Source: a bacterium (GTDB lineage Bacteria; Bacillota_I; Bacilli_A; RFN20; CAG-826). From it: a stretch of 64,000 nt of DNA. The translations under genes and the position numbers were made by a program. The notes under the pieces are model-generated. The model ran no database searches. It had not been told where the DNA came from and worked only from the letters and a program-made list of their open reading frames with translations. Positions 47,280 to 57,291 of the stretch are shown here, in pieces (position 1 is the first letter of the stretch; every line of letters starts with the position of its first letter). The stretch lies in NCBI GenBank assembly GCA_963651465.1, contig CAVJPS010000016.1:293-64292 (forward strand). Direction: 5' to 3'.

Positions 47280-49076
47280 TTATTCTTCTTGATCTTCAAA
47301 TTGAAGACGATACAAGTTATAGTAATAACCTTTTTGTTTTAATAATTCTTGATGGTTACCTTGTTCAATAATCTTACCTTTTTGAAGAACTATAATATTA
47401 TCAGCGTGTTGAATAGTTGATAATCTGTGAGCAACAATAAGCATCGTACCAATATTCATCATTTTTTCTAATGATGATTGAATTAATTTTTCTGTTTCAG
47501 TATCGATATTAGATGTTGCTTCATCTAAAATCATAATTTGTGGTTTATGAACAATAGTACGAGCAAATGATATTAATTGGCGTTGACCACTAGAGAAGTT
47601 ACTACCTCTTTCTTGTATTTCATAGTCATAACCTTTATCAAGTTTCTCAATAAATGTATTAGCACCAACATATTCAGAGGCTGATTTAATCTCATCTAAT
47701 GAAATGTTTTCATCACGTAAAGAAATATTAGATCTAATAGTTCCTGAGAATAAGAATACATCTTGTAACATTTGACCAATCGCTTTACGTAAAGATTTAA
47801 TCTTAATATGTTTAATGTCAATATCATCAATTAAAATTTGACCTTTTTGAATTTCATAGTTGCGGACGATTAATGATAAAATAGTTGTTTTACCTGCACC
47901 AGTAGCACCAACAAATGCTACAGTTTGACGAGGTTCGACGACAAATGAAACGTCTTGTAAAATCCATTCAGGTTCTTTATAAGCAAACCAAACATTTTTA
48001 AATTCGATTTTACCTTTTACTTCAGTCAATTCAATTGCGTCCTCTTCATCAACTAAATCAGGTTTAGTATCCATTAAGATGAATAATCTTTCACTAGCAG
48101 CAAAACTCTTTTGTAATGAATTGAATTGATCTGCAAGAGATTGAATAGGTTGGAAGAATTGGGAAACATATTGGTAAAGTAAATATACAGTTGTATAACT
48201 TAAGAATAATGATTCACCTTCTGCGTAATATCCAACACGTTTAAAGCCTAAATAGAATACTAATGTTTCAGCTAAAATATAGAACGTGAACATTGTAGGT
48301 CTAAAGAAAGCAAAGACAAATACTTCTTTATCACGAGCCTTACGTAATTGATTATTACAAACATCAAATTCATCAGCTTTACGTTGCTCTTGGTTGAAGA
48401 TTTGAGTAATCTTCATACCTGATAAGTTTTCGTTTAAGAATGCATTAATATTAGAAATACAATTACGTACATTACGATATGCACGACGAGAATATTTTCT
48501 AAAGATTAAAGCTGCAACAAATATAAATGGAATAAAGCAATAAATAGCTAATGCAATACGCCAATCATAAATTGCCATAATAACAGCAATAACAATAGCT
48601 GTGATTATGTTTTTAATTAAGTTAACTAGTGTATTTGTATATAAATCATTAACAGCATTACAGTCAGAAGTTACACGTGTAACAAACTTACCAGTAGGTA
48701 ATGCATTAAGTTGAGCAATTGATAAAGATTCAATATGTTCAAATACATCTTGACGTAAATTGTAAACAATACGTTGTCCTGTTTTCATTAATAACATTGT
48801 ATTAAGATATGTAAAAAGTAATGAACCAATAATACATGCAAAATACGATAATGAAACAACTAAAACAGACATATATTCATAAGGTATATCAGACTCAAAT
48901 AAAGTTAATATTTTATCTACAAAGATAGGACCAGCGACTTGAAGGACAACCATTATAGCCATTAAAAGTAAAGATAAAACAAATCTACCAAAATAAGGCT
49001 TAATGTATTTCCATGTTCTTTTTATAAGAACAGAATCCTTCATAGTACGAGTTTCTTGATTTTCAATGCTAGCCAT
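47280..49076 (-). CDS. ABC exporter half-transporter (TMD-NBD), subunit with consensus Walker B and H-loop
   Basis: Walker A GATGAGKTT. Signature FSSGQRQ. Walker B IMILDEATS. H-loop VAHRLST. Start trimmed to the ATG after SD GGAGGG. Confidence 0.85.
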   Translation of the reverse strand: MASIENQETRTMKDSVLIKRTWKYIKPYFGRFVLSLLLMAIMVVLQVAGPIFVDKILTLFESDIPYEYMSVLVVSLSYFACIIGSLLFTYLNTMLLMKTGQRIVYNLRQDVFEHIESLSIAQLNALPTGKFVTRVTSDCNAVNDLYTNTLVNLIKNIITAIVIAVIMAIYDWRIALAIYCFIPFIFVAALIFRKYSRRAYRNVRNCISNINAFLNENLSGMKITQIFNQEQRKADEFDVCNNQLRKARDKEVFVFAFFRPTMFTFYILAETLVFYLGFKRVGYYAEGESLFLSYTTVYLLYQYVSQFFQPIQSLADQFNSLQKSFAASERLFILMDTKPDLVDEEDAIELTEVKGKIEFKNVWFAYKEPEWILQDVSFVVEPRQTVAFVGATGAGKTTILSLIVRNYEIQKGQILIDDIDIKHIKIKSLRKAIGQMLQDVFLFSGTIRSNISLRDENISLDEIKSASEYVGANTFIEKLDKGYDYEIQERGSNFSSGQRQLISFARTIVHKPQIMILDEATSNIDTETEKLIQSSLEKMMNIGTMLIVAHRLSTIQHADNIIVLQKGKIIEQGNHQELLKQKGYYYNLYRLQFEDQEE

Positions 49077-49077
49077 A

Positions 49078-50826
49078 TTATTCACCCTCCTCTACTTTCT
49101 TTTCAAGTTCTTGGAGTTTAACCATACGTGCAAATGTAGGTGAAATTTTTACTAAATTACTTGGTTTATCGTAAGCTTCAATTTCACCATTATTTAAAAC
49201 TAATACTTTATCTAGATGTGAAACAGTAGAAACACGAGAAGAAATAAGAATAGTTGTCTTTCCTTTTCTTTTTGCTTTAATATTTGTAAGAATTTGTTCC
49301 TCTGTTTTAATATCAACAGCAGAAACTGAATCATCAAGAATTAAAATTGCAGGATCTTTAACAATAGCACGAGCAATTGAAATTCTTTGTTTTTGGCCAC
49401 CAGATAAAGTAACACCTCTTTCACCAACCATTGTGTTATATCCATCTTTAAATCCTAGGATATTTTCATGAACATCAGCAAAAGATGCAGCTTTTTCAAT
49501 TTGTTCTTCGGTAAGTTCTTTATTAGCAAAACTGATGTTGTTTGCAACTTTATCTGAGAACAAGAAATTATCTTGAGGTACAAATCCAATTGAGTCTCTT
49601 AATAATTTAAGTGGGACATTCATTAAATCAGTACCGTCAATAAATACTTTACCTTTTTCAATATTGTATAAACGTAACAATACATTTACTAAAGTTGTTT
49701 TACCACAACCAATTTTACCAACAATACCAATGGTTTCTCCTTTATTAATTTTAAAAGTAATATTCTTTAAAGAAGTATCTTTTCCTTCTGGATATTGGAA
49801 TGAGAAATCTTTAAATTCAATTTCTCCATCAATAGTATTAATATCAGCAGGGAAATAATCTAAGATTTCTACTTTTTCATCTAATAATTGACTAATACGT
49901 TTTAACGAAGCATTTCCTCTTGAGTGTAATGAAATAATCATACCAAATGCAATCATTGGCCAAATAACACTTTCGATTAAACCAATAAATAAAATTAAAT
50001 CAGCAGATTTAAATTGACCATTATAAACATACCAACCACCAATAGCCATAACAAGAACAAATGATGATTGAATAAGTAATTCTATTAAAACATCAAGAAT
50101 GGCACTAAAACGTGTGAATTCAATATTTACTTTTTCATTATTATGATTGTGCTTCTTAAATTCACGTAATTCATGAGCTTCTTTTACGAAAGCTTTAATA
50201 ACAGAAATACCGGTGAAATTTTCTTGAGCAAAGTCACTTAATTTTTCATAAGCTTCTTGTCTTTTCACATACTTAAGTTCCATATATTTACCAACAACGC
50301 CACCACAAGCAGCAAGTAATAATAATGGTATACAAGCAATAAGTCCAAGAACCCAGTTTTCCATAAACATTAATACAAAGCCATAAACTCCCATAAATAA
50401 AACGTCAACTGAGAAAATAGTTCCATCAGTAATAGCTTCATCAATGGTATCTAAATCGTTTGTAAATAATGCCATTAATGCACCTGTTTTGTTTTCTTGG
50501 AAATAACGTTGTGACATTTGTTCACTATGAACAAACATATCTTTACGAATATCACTAACAACTGCAATTGAACCACGAAGTAAAGTCATACGCCAAATAA
50601 AACGTCCTACAAACATTGTTCCAGCAATCGCAAACATATACCCAATAATTTTAAATAACGATTCTGCGTCAACACTACCTTTTTCTTGAGCGATACTAAC
50701 TAAATCTTGAATAAGAAAAGGTAATTTTAATTGACAATAGTCAACAGCAATAAGTGCTATAATTCCAAGGAAGAATAAATACCAATATTTTAAATAATAT
50801 TTATTTAAATGTTTTCCAAAAACCAT
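49078..50826 (-). CDS. ABC exporter half-transporter (TMD-NBD), subunit with degenerate Walker B and H-loop
   Basis: Walker A GKIGCGKTT. Signature LSGGQKQR. Walker B ILILDDSVS (Glu replaced by Asp). H-loop position ISSRVST (His replaced by Ser). Confidence 0.85.
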   Translation of the reverse strand: MVFGKHLNKYYLKYWYLFFLGIIALIAVDYCQLKLPFLIQDLVSIAQEKGSVDAESLFKIIGYMFAIAGTMFVGRFIWRMTLLRGSIAVVSDIRKDMFVHSEQMSQRYFQENKTGALMALFTNDLDTIDEAITDGTIFSVDVLFMGVYGFVLMFMENWVLGLIACIPLLLLAACGGVVGKYMELKYVKRQEAYEKLSDFAQENFTGISVIKAFVKEAHELREFKKHNHNNEKVNIEFTRFSAILDVLIELLIQSSFVLVMAIGGWYVYNGQFKSADLILFIGLIESVIWPMIAFGMIISLHSRGNASLKRISQLLDEKVEILDYFPADINTIDGEIEFKDFSFQYPEGKDTSLKNITFKINKGETIGIVGKIGCGKTTLVNVLLRLYNIEKGKVFIDGTDLMNVPLKLLRDSIGFVPQDNFLFSDKVANNISFANKELTEEQIEKAASFADVHENILGFKDGYNTMVGERGVTLSGGQKQRISIARAIVKDPAILILDDSVSAVDIKTEEQILTNIKAKRKGKTTILISSRVSTVSHLDKVLVLNNGEIEAYDKPSNLVKISPTFARMVKLQELEKKVEEGE

Positions 50827-50896
50827 AATAACCCCCCTTTTAACTTTTAATAATTATACACCTATTAAAAAAAATAAACACTCATTATTATAAATA

Positions 50897-50926
50897 AAAC
50901 AAAAGAAGACGTACACACGTCTTCTT
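50897..50926 (-). terminator. Terminator after the 795-aa ABC gene
   Basis: AGAAGACGT / ACGTCTTCT stem followed by TTTTGTTTT on the minus strand. Confidence 0.7.
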
Positions 50927-50927
50927 C

Positions 50928-53315
50928 TTATTCGCTACGTAATGCTTCAACTGGTGGTTTACGGCAACCACTAATTGTAGGAATTAATGATGCAAGGACT
51001 GTTACCCCAACAGCAATAAACAATAAAATTGGAGCAACCCACCAGTTAAATTTAGTTAAATTAAGTTCAGTTGTTGCTAATACCGAACTTGAATATTGAT
51101 TAACTAAGTTAACTACTAAACTTGATACTGGCTTACATAAACAAATAGCAAAAATAATACCTATTAAGCCCGATAATAAACCCACAAAGACATTCTCATT
51201 CAAAAACATTACTAATATGTCTTTCCTTCGAGCACCTAACGCTCGTAATAATCCTATTTCTTTCTTTCGCTCCATAATTGAGATATAAGAAATAATAGCA
51301 ATCATAATACCTGCTACTAATAATGAGACACAAGAAATAACAAGTAATACATTAGCAAAAATATTTACTAATCCTGAGAATTCCGACGTAACTGATTCAA
51401 TATAATCTTTAACTATAATTTTTACAGTAGCGTCATCATCAAGTTTATAATCATATACATATTTTGTTAAAATCGAACGATCTTCAAAAGAATCAGTGTA
51501 AAAATAATAATTTGTAATAACTGGTAAGGCTCCCATACGATGTAAGTTTAAATTATAAAGATATTCATCCTTATATGTGACACCACTATCAGTCGTGTAT
51601 GTATGAAGATCGTAGCCGTTACGGAAGACATCCATTTCATATCCATATTCTACTTGATCTTTATACATTTGTGATTTAGTTGCATTACTAACAACCAAAT
51701 TACTATATGCACGTGTATATAAAATACCTGAATTAAATAAAGAAGAATAGGCATTATCTTTTAAACGTAAGATACACGTAATCTTACAAGACGTTGAAGA
51801 ATTATTAAACATCGTCGCATCATATGAGTTACCACGCTTAACATAAGAAATCCAATCTTTATCTTCAGCATCTTTAGTAATGATTTTTGTATAATAATCA
51901 TTATTGTTGATTAATCTAAATTCAAAATCATTCATAATCTTATCAAATGAAAATGTAGTATTACCTTTAGTGTTAATATCACCAAAAATTGTAGAACACA
52001 AACGATATGAAAGATTATTATATTCATCTACAACAAGAGCAAATTCATTTGCTTTTGTTGGTAAAGTACCTTTTAAAATATCATATTGATTTGCAACAAC
52101 ATTATTGTCACTACAAATTTCATAAAAATATGAATTGTTAACTCTTGTATATGATGGGTTATCGTCACTACCAGATTTAAGGATTAAATTAAAAGCTACA
52201 TTTTGGTCAGTTTTATAATTACTAACAAGTTCTTTATTTTGAGCAATTTCCTCTAAATAATCAATGTAATCATCAGGAATACGATTAAGATCAGTATATT
52301 GATAATCTGAATATTCAATATTAACTTCTTCTGTATCAGGATATTTTACATAGTAATCATCTTCGGATTTTGCCGCACTTGAAGTCTTTAATACTGATTT
52401 AACAATTAAAGGATAATCCCCTAACGCATTTGTTTGTACTTCTTTAACATAATCAGTAATACCTGTACGCATTGAAAGAATTAAACCAACCGAAGTAATA
52501 CCAATTGACGCAGCGGCAATTGTCATAAAATTACGCCATTTCTTTGACCACATATTTTTCAAACCCAGTTTTAAGCCAATGAGAAAAGACATATGTACGT
52601 GATGAAGTTCAAATTTATCTTCTTTGTCTTCTGCTACATATTCATTACTATCGTGAACTACTTTACCATCAAGTAAGTTAATAATACGATCACTATATTT
52701 TTCAGCTAACTCTCCATTATGAGTAACCATTAAAACTAAATGGTTTTTTGAAATATTTTTTAAAATATCCATTATTTGTTTAGCTGATTTAGAATCTAAT
52801 GCACCAGTAGGTTCGTCAGCTAAAATAACATGTGGATTATTAATTAAAGCACGAGCAATGGCAACTCTTTGACATTGTCCACCCGATAATTGCTTAGGAT
52901 AGGAATTTTCAAGTCCTTGTAATCCTACTTCTTCTAATGCTTTTAATATACGTTCGTGAATTACATCTTTATCTTTTTCACTAGATAGTTTTAAAGTAAT
53001 TCCTATATTATCATAAATTGTTAATTGAGGTATCAAATAATAATTTTGAAAAACAAAACCAATTTCGTTATTACGATATGCATCCCAATCTAATGGGCCA
53101 AAATTCGCTGTGTTTCTTCCATTAATATAAATAACGCCAGAATCAGCAATATCTAATGCACCAATAACATTTAATAAAGTTGTTTTACCACAACCAGAAG
53201 GACCTAATATTGATACAAATTCATGATCACGAAAGCATAATGAAATATCGTCAATAGCTTTAATCTCTTTGCCGCCTTTCCAATATGATTTTTTTAAGTG
53301 TTCGAATTTGATCAA
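50928..53315 (-). CDS. Fused ABC ATPase + FtsX/MacB-type permease (795 aa), probable TTG start
   Basis: Walker A GPSGCGKTT. LSGGQCQR. ILADEPTGALD. VTHN. Then TM, a large extracytoplasmic domain, and an FtsX C-terminus. Confidence 0.85.
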   Translation of the reverse strand: MIKFEHLKKSYWKGGKEIKAIDDISLCFRDHEFVSILGPSGCGKTTLLNVIGALDIADSGVIYINGRNTANFGPLDWDAYRNNEIGFVFQNYYLIPQLTIYDNIGITLKLSSEKDKDVIHERILKALEEVGLQGLENSYPKQLSGGQCQRVAIARALINNPHVILADEPTGALDSKSAKQIMDILKNISKNHLVLMVTHNGELAEKYSDRIINLLDGKVVHDSNEYVAEDKEDKFELHHVHMSFLIGLKLGLKNMWSKKWRNFMTIAAASIGITSVGLILSMRTGITDYVKEVQTNALGDYPLIVKSVLKTSSAAKSEDDYYVKYPDTEEVNIEYSDYQYTDLNRIPDDYIDYLEEIAQNKELVSNYKTDQNVAFNLILKSGSDDNPSYTRVNNSYFYEICSDNNVVANQYDILKGTLPTKANEFALVVDEYNNLSYRLCSTIFGDINTKGNTTFSFDKIMNDFEFRLINNNDYYTKIITKDAEDKDWISYVKRGNSYDATMFNNSSTSCKITCILRLKDNAYSSLFNSGILYTRAYSNLVVSNATKSQMYKDQVEYGYEMDVFRNGYDLHTYTTDSGVTYKDEYLYNLNLHRMGALPVITNYYFYTDSFEDRSILTKYVYDYKLDDDATVKIIVKDYIESVTSEFSGLVNIFANVLLVISCVSLLVAGIMIAIISYISIMERKKEIGLLRALGARRKDILVMFLNENVFVGLLSGLIGIIFAICLCKPVSSLVVNLVNQYSSSVLATTELNLTKFNWWVAPILLFIAVGVTVLASLIPTISGCRKPPVEALRSE

Positions 53316-53389
53316 TGTAATCGCCTTCTTTCTTAATTTAATTATACATTATTTTAAAAAGCGATAATATATTAATCATTTTAAATAAT

Positions 53390-54250
53390 TTATTTATAAG
53401 CAATATATAATACACCAATAGTATTAGGTCCACAGTGAGAACCAATAACACTACCGGCACTTGTAGGAATTACATTTGCGTCAGGTAATAAAGTTTTAAC
53501 TTGTTCAACAAGATACTTACGACCTTCTTCTGTTCCGGAATCTGTAACATAAATATGATCTAAGTCAATTGTATATCCGTTTGCAATATCATCTTTAAGA
53601 TAATCTAAAACAGCATTCCAGCCTTTTACTGGTTTACCAATTGGTTTTTTATCTGTATCCATCTTACCTTCACGGACAACAATAACAGGACGGATTTTTA
53701 ATAATGTACCTACAAATTTAATAAGTGAATTACATCTTCCACCTTTATATAAATAATCAAAAGTTTCAATAACAAATTGAGAACGTACTTTATCTCTTAA
53801 ATCACATACTTTTGTGTATACTTCATCTAAAGACAAACCTTCTTTAATGAATTTACATGCCTTCATAATCAAAAGACCAATACCGGTAGATAGATTCATT
53901 GAATCAACAACTCTAATATTATCTTTATCAATATCTTCTGCAGCAATACAAGCATTTTGGTAAGTACTAGATAAAAGACTTGAAATAGTTATACAAATAA
54001 TTTGATAACCTTCATCTCTATATTTCTTAAAATAATTTTCAATTTCTCCAACATTAACAGCTGAAGTTTTAGGAAGTTCTCCCCTTTGTTCAACTATTTT
54101 ATAAAGTTGTTCGGTATTGATTTCTACCATATCACGGTAAACCTCTTTACCAAAAACAACTGAAAGAGGCATCACTTCTATTTCATTAGCAGCAATTTCT
54201 TCTTTAGTTAAATCACATGTTGAATCAACAATAACTTTAATTTTGTTCAT
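53390..54250 (-). CDS. DegV-family fatty-acid-binding protein
   Basis: IKVIVDSTCDL start and overall DegV pattern. Start trimmed to the ATG after SD AGAGGTG. Confidence 0.85.
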   Translation of the reverse strand: MNKIKVIVDSTCDLTKEEIAANEIEVMPLSVVFGKEVYRDMVEINTEQLYKIVEQRGELPKTSAVNVGEIENYFKKYRDEGYQIICITISSLLSSTYQNACIAAEDIDKDNIRVVDSMNLSTGIGLLIMKACKFIKEGLSLDEVYTKVCDLRDKVRSQFVIETFDYLYKGGRCNSLIKFVGTLLKIRPVIVVREGKMDTDKKPIGKPVKGWNAVLDYLKDDIANGYTIDLDHIYVTDSGTEEGRKYLVEQVKTLLPDANVIPTSAGSVIGSHCGPNTIGVLYIAYK

Positions 54251-54348
54251 TTTAAACACCTCTTTCTTTTTAGGCACTTTTAATTATACCCCATAAATAA
54301 TGTAATAATAAGTTAAAAGAATATAAAAATAAATACACACAAATATAT

Positions 54349-55461
54349 TTACCAGTTAACAGTCCATTCTGGATGAGCCTTTGCAATTTCTTCAAGTAAA
54401 GAATCAGCAAATTCTTGTTCTTGTTGACGAACTCCTTTTTCCATAATATTCATAATGTACTTAGCGTAACTTTTTACTGCTTTATTAGTAGCAACTTCGT
54501 TATCTAGAACAAGTCCACATAATACTAGGTATGCGCGAGCACTTTCAATATTTTCAAGACGATTAAGTTTATTACGAGATTCATTATCTAATTTATTATT
54601 ATAGAAATCCAAACACTCTTCTTTTGAATGTAAACAGAATTCTATTAAGAATTTATTTGGAATAATACGGTCAAAATTAACAACAGAAACATCTTCACAT
54701 TTTTCAATAAGGTTATCGATAATAACTGCTGCCTTTTCATATTGTCCTATATATATATAAGAATTAAATGCATAAAAAGAATAATCACTTATAAGTGGAT
54801 TAACTTCTTCCATTAAAGGTAAATTAACTAATCTTTCACCTTGACGAATAGAATTTTGAACTTTACATAATTCGTTAAAGTTCTCATATCCATTCTTTTT
54901 AATACATTTCATTGCTACTCCACCAGTAACACTATCAATATTAAGTGGTAACATAGCATAAGTAATCATTAAAATTGATAAAGAAACAATATAGAAAATT
55001 CCAAAATATAAAATAGGTAAACTGTCTTTTATTGCTGGAATTGTTAAGTTCAATATAAGTAAAATAGCATCAAAGATAAAGCAAGTTAAGAAACCTCCAG
55101 CAAAATATAATGATGGACGGACCTTTTCTTTTGTCGGAATAACTCTTGTTTCACCGACAAAGCCACTATAGTGAGAATTGAAGAAGAATTTTACTTTACC
55201 ATCTACTTGTCCAACTTCAACACCTAAAACATTAAAAGACACGACTTTATATCCAGATGCTTTAGCAAATATAATATGTCCAATACCATATAGTAATGAA
55301 GTTAAAATGAAACTTAAAAAGTAAAATCCTACAGCAACTACTCCTGGGTATGGTGTTCCCATTTCATCACCGAAAAATGAAATTAATGCATAGCCTAAAC
55401 CAAAAGCAATAGTCAACATTATTCCATACATTACAAACGTATAATTCTTTGGTTTTTTCAT
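54349..55461 (-). CDS. Polytopic membrane protein with a site-2-protease (M50)-like N-terminal region lacking HExxH, plus a helical-repeat cytoplasmic C-terminal domain
   Basis: LLYGIGHIIFAKASGYKV aligns by eye to the M50 motif xxHExGHxxxAxxxGxxV but reads YGIGH. The C-terminal 170 aa are soluble and helical. Confidence 0.5.
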   Translation of the reverse strand: MKKPKNYTFVMYGIMLTIAFGLGYALISFFGDEMGTPYPGVVAVGFYFLSFILTSLLYGIGHIIFAKASGYKVVSFNVLGVEVGQVDGKVKFFFNSHYSGFVGETRVIPTKEKVRPSLYFAGGFLTCFIFDAILLILNLTIPAIKDSLPILYFGIFYIVSLSILMITYAMLPLNIDSVTGGVAMKCIKKNGYENFNELCKVQNSIRQGERLVNLPLMEEVNPLISDYSFYAFNSYIYIGQYEKAAVIIDNLIEKCEDVSVVNFDRIIPNKFLIEFCLHSKEECLDFYNNKLDNESRNKLNRLENIESARAYLVLCGLVLDNEVATNKAVKSYAKYIMNIMEKGVRQQEQEFADSLLEEIAKAHPEWTVNW

Positions 55462-55474
55462 AAACAATCACTCC

Positions 55475-56641
55475 TTAACGTGCACATTCGTAAATTTTAC
55501 GAGCTTTTTCTTTATTTATATTGCCTCCAATACTTGGAATTTCATAAGTTCCATTATTGGTTAGCATATTGCAAAATAGCTCCATATCAAAATCAATGAT
55601 ACCTAAATCTTTTAAAGAAGTTGGCATACCTATTTCTTTAAAAAAATCTTTTAATATGTTAATACCATTATAGGCATCTTTTTCATCGTTGCAACTATCA
55701 ACACCTAATACTTCTCTTGTGAAACGTGCAAATTTTTTTACATCACTTTGATAAACGTTATAACACCAAGCTGGAAATAAAACTGCAAGTCCAGCTCCAT
55801 GAGCTACAAAGTCGTATACACCGGAAAGTACATGTTCCAATTGGTGTACTGGCATAAATGCATTTTTTCCTATGTTAGTATATCCTGCATGTGACATAGA
55901 AGAACTAATCATAAGCGTTGCTCTAGCCTCATAGTCATTTGGGTTTTCAATTACTTTCTTACCTGCTTTATAAACAGTACGTAATAAACCTAAAGCTAAT
56001 TCATCAGCTAATTCTATTTCAGTACTAGGATTATAATAACGTTCTAAAGTATGCATCATAATATCAACAATTCCACAAGCTGTTTGATAAGGTGATACTG
56101 TATAAGTTAATTCAGGATTACAAATTGAGAATAATGGTCGATTGAAATCGCTATTAAATCCTCTTTTTATATTTGATTCTTCATCAGTAATAACACATGA
56201 AGTAGATAATTCGCTTCCAGCAGCAGCAATTGTTAAAATTACTCCAACTGGTAAAGCTTTATTACAAATTGCTTTCTTTAAATTAAAATCAAAAGGATTA
56301 CCATCATAATAAAAACCAGCAGCAGTTGATTTGGCAGTATCAATAACTGATCCTCCACCAATTGCCAGTAATAATTCAACTTTTTCTTCTCGCGCAATCT
56401 TAATTGTTTCTTTAACAAAACTTAATTTAGGATTGGCAGATACTCCACCTCTTAAAACATATTCAATTTTATTATCTTTTAAAAGTTTAGTAGTATCTTC
56501 TACAAGTTTAGCAGTTGAACCCCGACCAAAGATAATCATAATCTTTTTAAAACCGTAATTTTTTATTATATTACCGACTTCTTTTTCTTTATCTTTTCCA
56601 AAAAAGATTTTGGTTGGAACATATAAATTAAAATTAATCAT
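55475..56641 (-). CDS. Iron-containing (group III) alcohol dehydrogenase, butanol dehydrogenase/YqhD-like
   Basis: GGGSVIDTAK NAD(P)-binding motif. Metal-binding His cluster (HQLEHVLSG...HGAGLA). 388 aa. The start overlaps the TetR stop by 1 nt (TAATG). Confidence 0.85.
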   Translation of the reverse strand: MINFNLYVPTKIFFGKDKEKEVGNIIKNYGFKKIMIIFGRGSTAKLVEDTTKLLKDNKIEYVLRGGVSANPKLSFVKETIKIAREEKVELLLAIGGGSVIDTAKSTAAGFYYDGNPFDFNLKKAICNKALPVGVILTIAAAGSELSTSCVITDEESNIKRGFNSDFNRPLFSICNPELTYTVSPYQTACGIVDIMMHTLERYYNPSTEIELADELALGLLRTVYKAGKKVIENPNDYEARATLMISSSMSHAGYTNIGKNAFMPVHQLEHVLSGVYDFVAHGAGLAVLFPAWCYNVYQSDVKKFARFTREVLGVDSCNDEKDAYNGINILKDFFKEIGMPTSLKDLGIIDFDMELFCNMLTNNGTYEIPSIGGNINKEKARKIYECAR

Positions 56642-57198
56642 TATAGACCACCATTCTTTGCATTTTTAAATTTAAAGATAATATCTTCAGAGAAATTACC
56701 AATTAAAATTTGTAAACGTCTAAAGATAACATTCTTCTCTTCACGCATATTTCCTTCTAACCATGTTATTAAACTATATAAAATTGCTGCGGTATAAAAA
56801 CGACAAACAAATTTACGTTCATCTATACTTAACACATATTCAACATCTTTAAGAGCTAATAAACGTAATAAACGAGAATAAATTCCTTCAAAGATAAATT
56901 CTTTAAACAATTCTTTACCAGCACTTGATAAGACATTTTGAATAAAATCATAGTTATCTAATATATAATTTGTATATGCATTTACAACATCTTGCCAGTT
57001 AGTAGCTTCATCAAGTCCTTTTACTTTCTCATTTAAAAAGACCCATGTTAATAAATCATATAAATCTCTAAAGTGATAATAAAAAGTTTGGCGATTAATA
57101 TTACACATATCCGATAAACGTTTAACTGTAATTGAACTTAATGATTCATTCGCCATTAATTCTTTTAGTGTGCGTCCCAATTTTTCCTCAGTCTTCAT
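56641..57198 (-). CDS. TetR-family transcriptional regulator (DhaS-like subgroup)
   Basis: HTH ITVKRLSDMCNINRQTFYYHFRDLYDLLTWVF. Confidence 0.8.
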   Translation of the reverse strand: MKTEEKLGRTLKELMANESLSSITVKRLSDMCNINRQTFYYHFRDLYDLLTWVFLNEKVKGLDEATNWQDVVNAYTNYILDNYDFIQNVLSSAGKELFKEFIFEGIYSRLLRLLALKDVEYVLSIDERKFVCRFYTAAILYSLITWLEGNMREEKNVIFRRLQILIGNFSEDIIFKFKNAKNGGL

Positions 57199-57250
57199 TT
57201 TTTTTAACCTCGTTTTAAGAATAACATATTTTTTAGACAGTGTATAGAAA

Positions 57251-57287
57251 TAAAAAAGGTAGTATAGAAATTTCTATTACTACCTTA
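57251..57287 (-). terminator. Terminator after cysE
   Basis: AAGGTAGTA(A)TAGAAA / TTTCTATACTACCTT long stem followed by TTTTTTATTT on the minus strand. Confidence 0.75.
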
Positions 57288-57291
57288 GATT

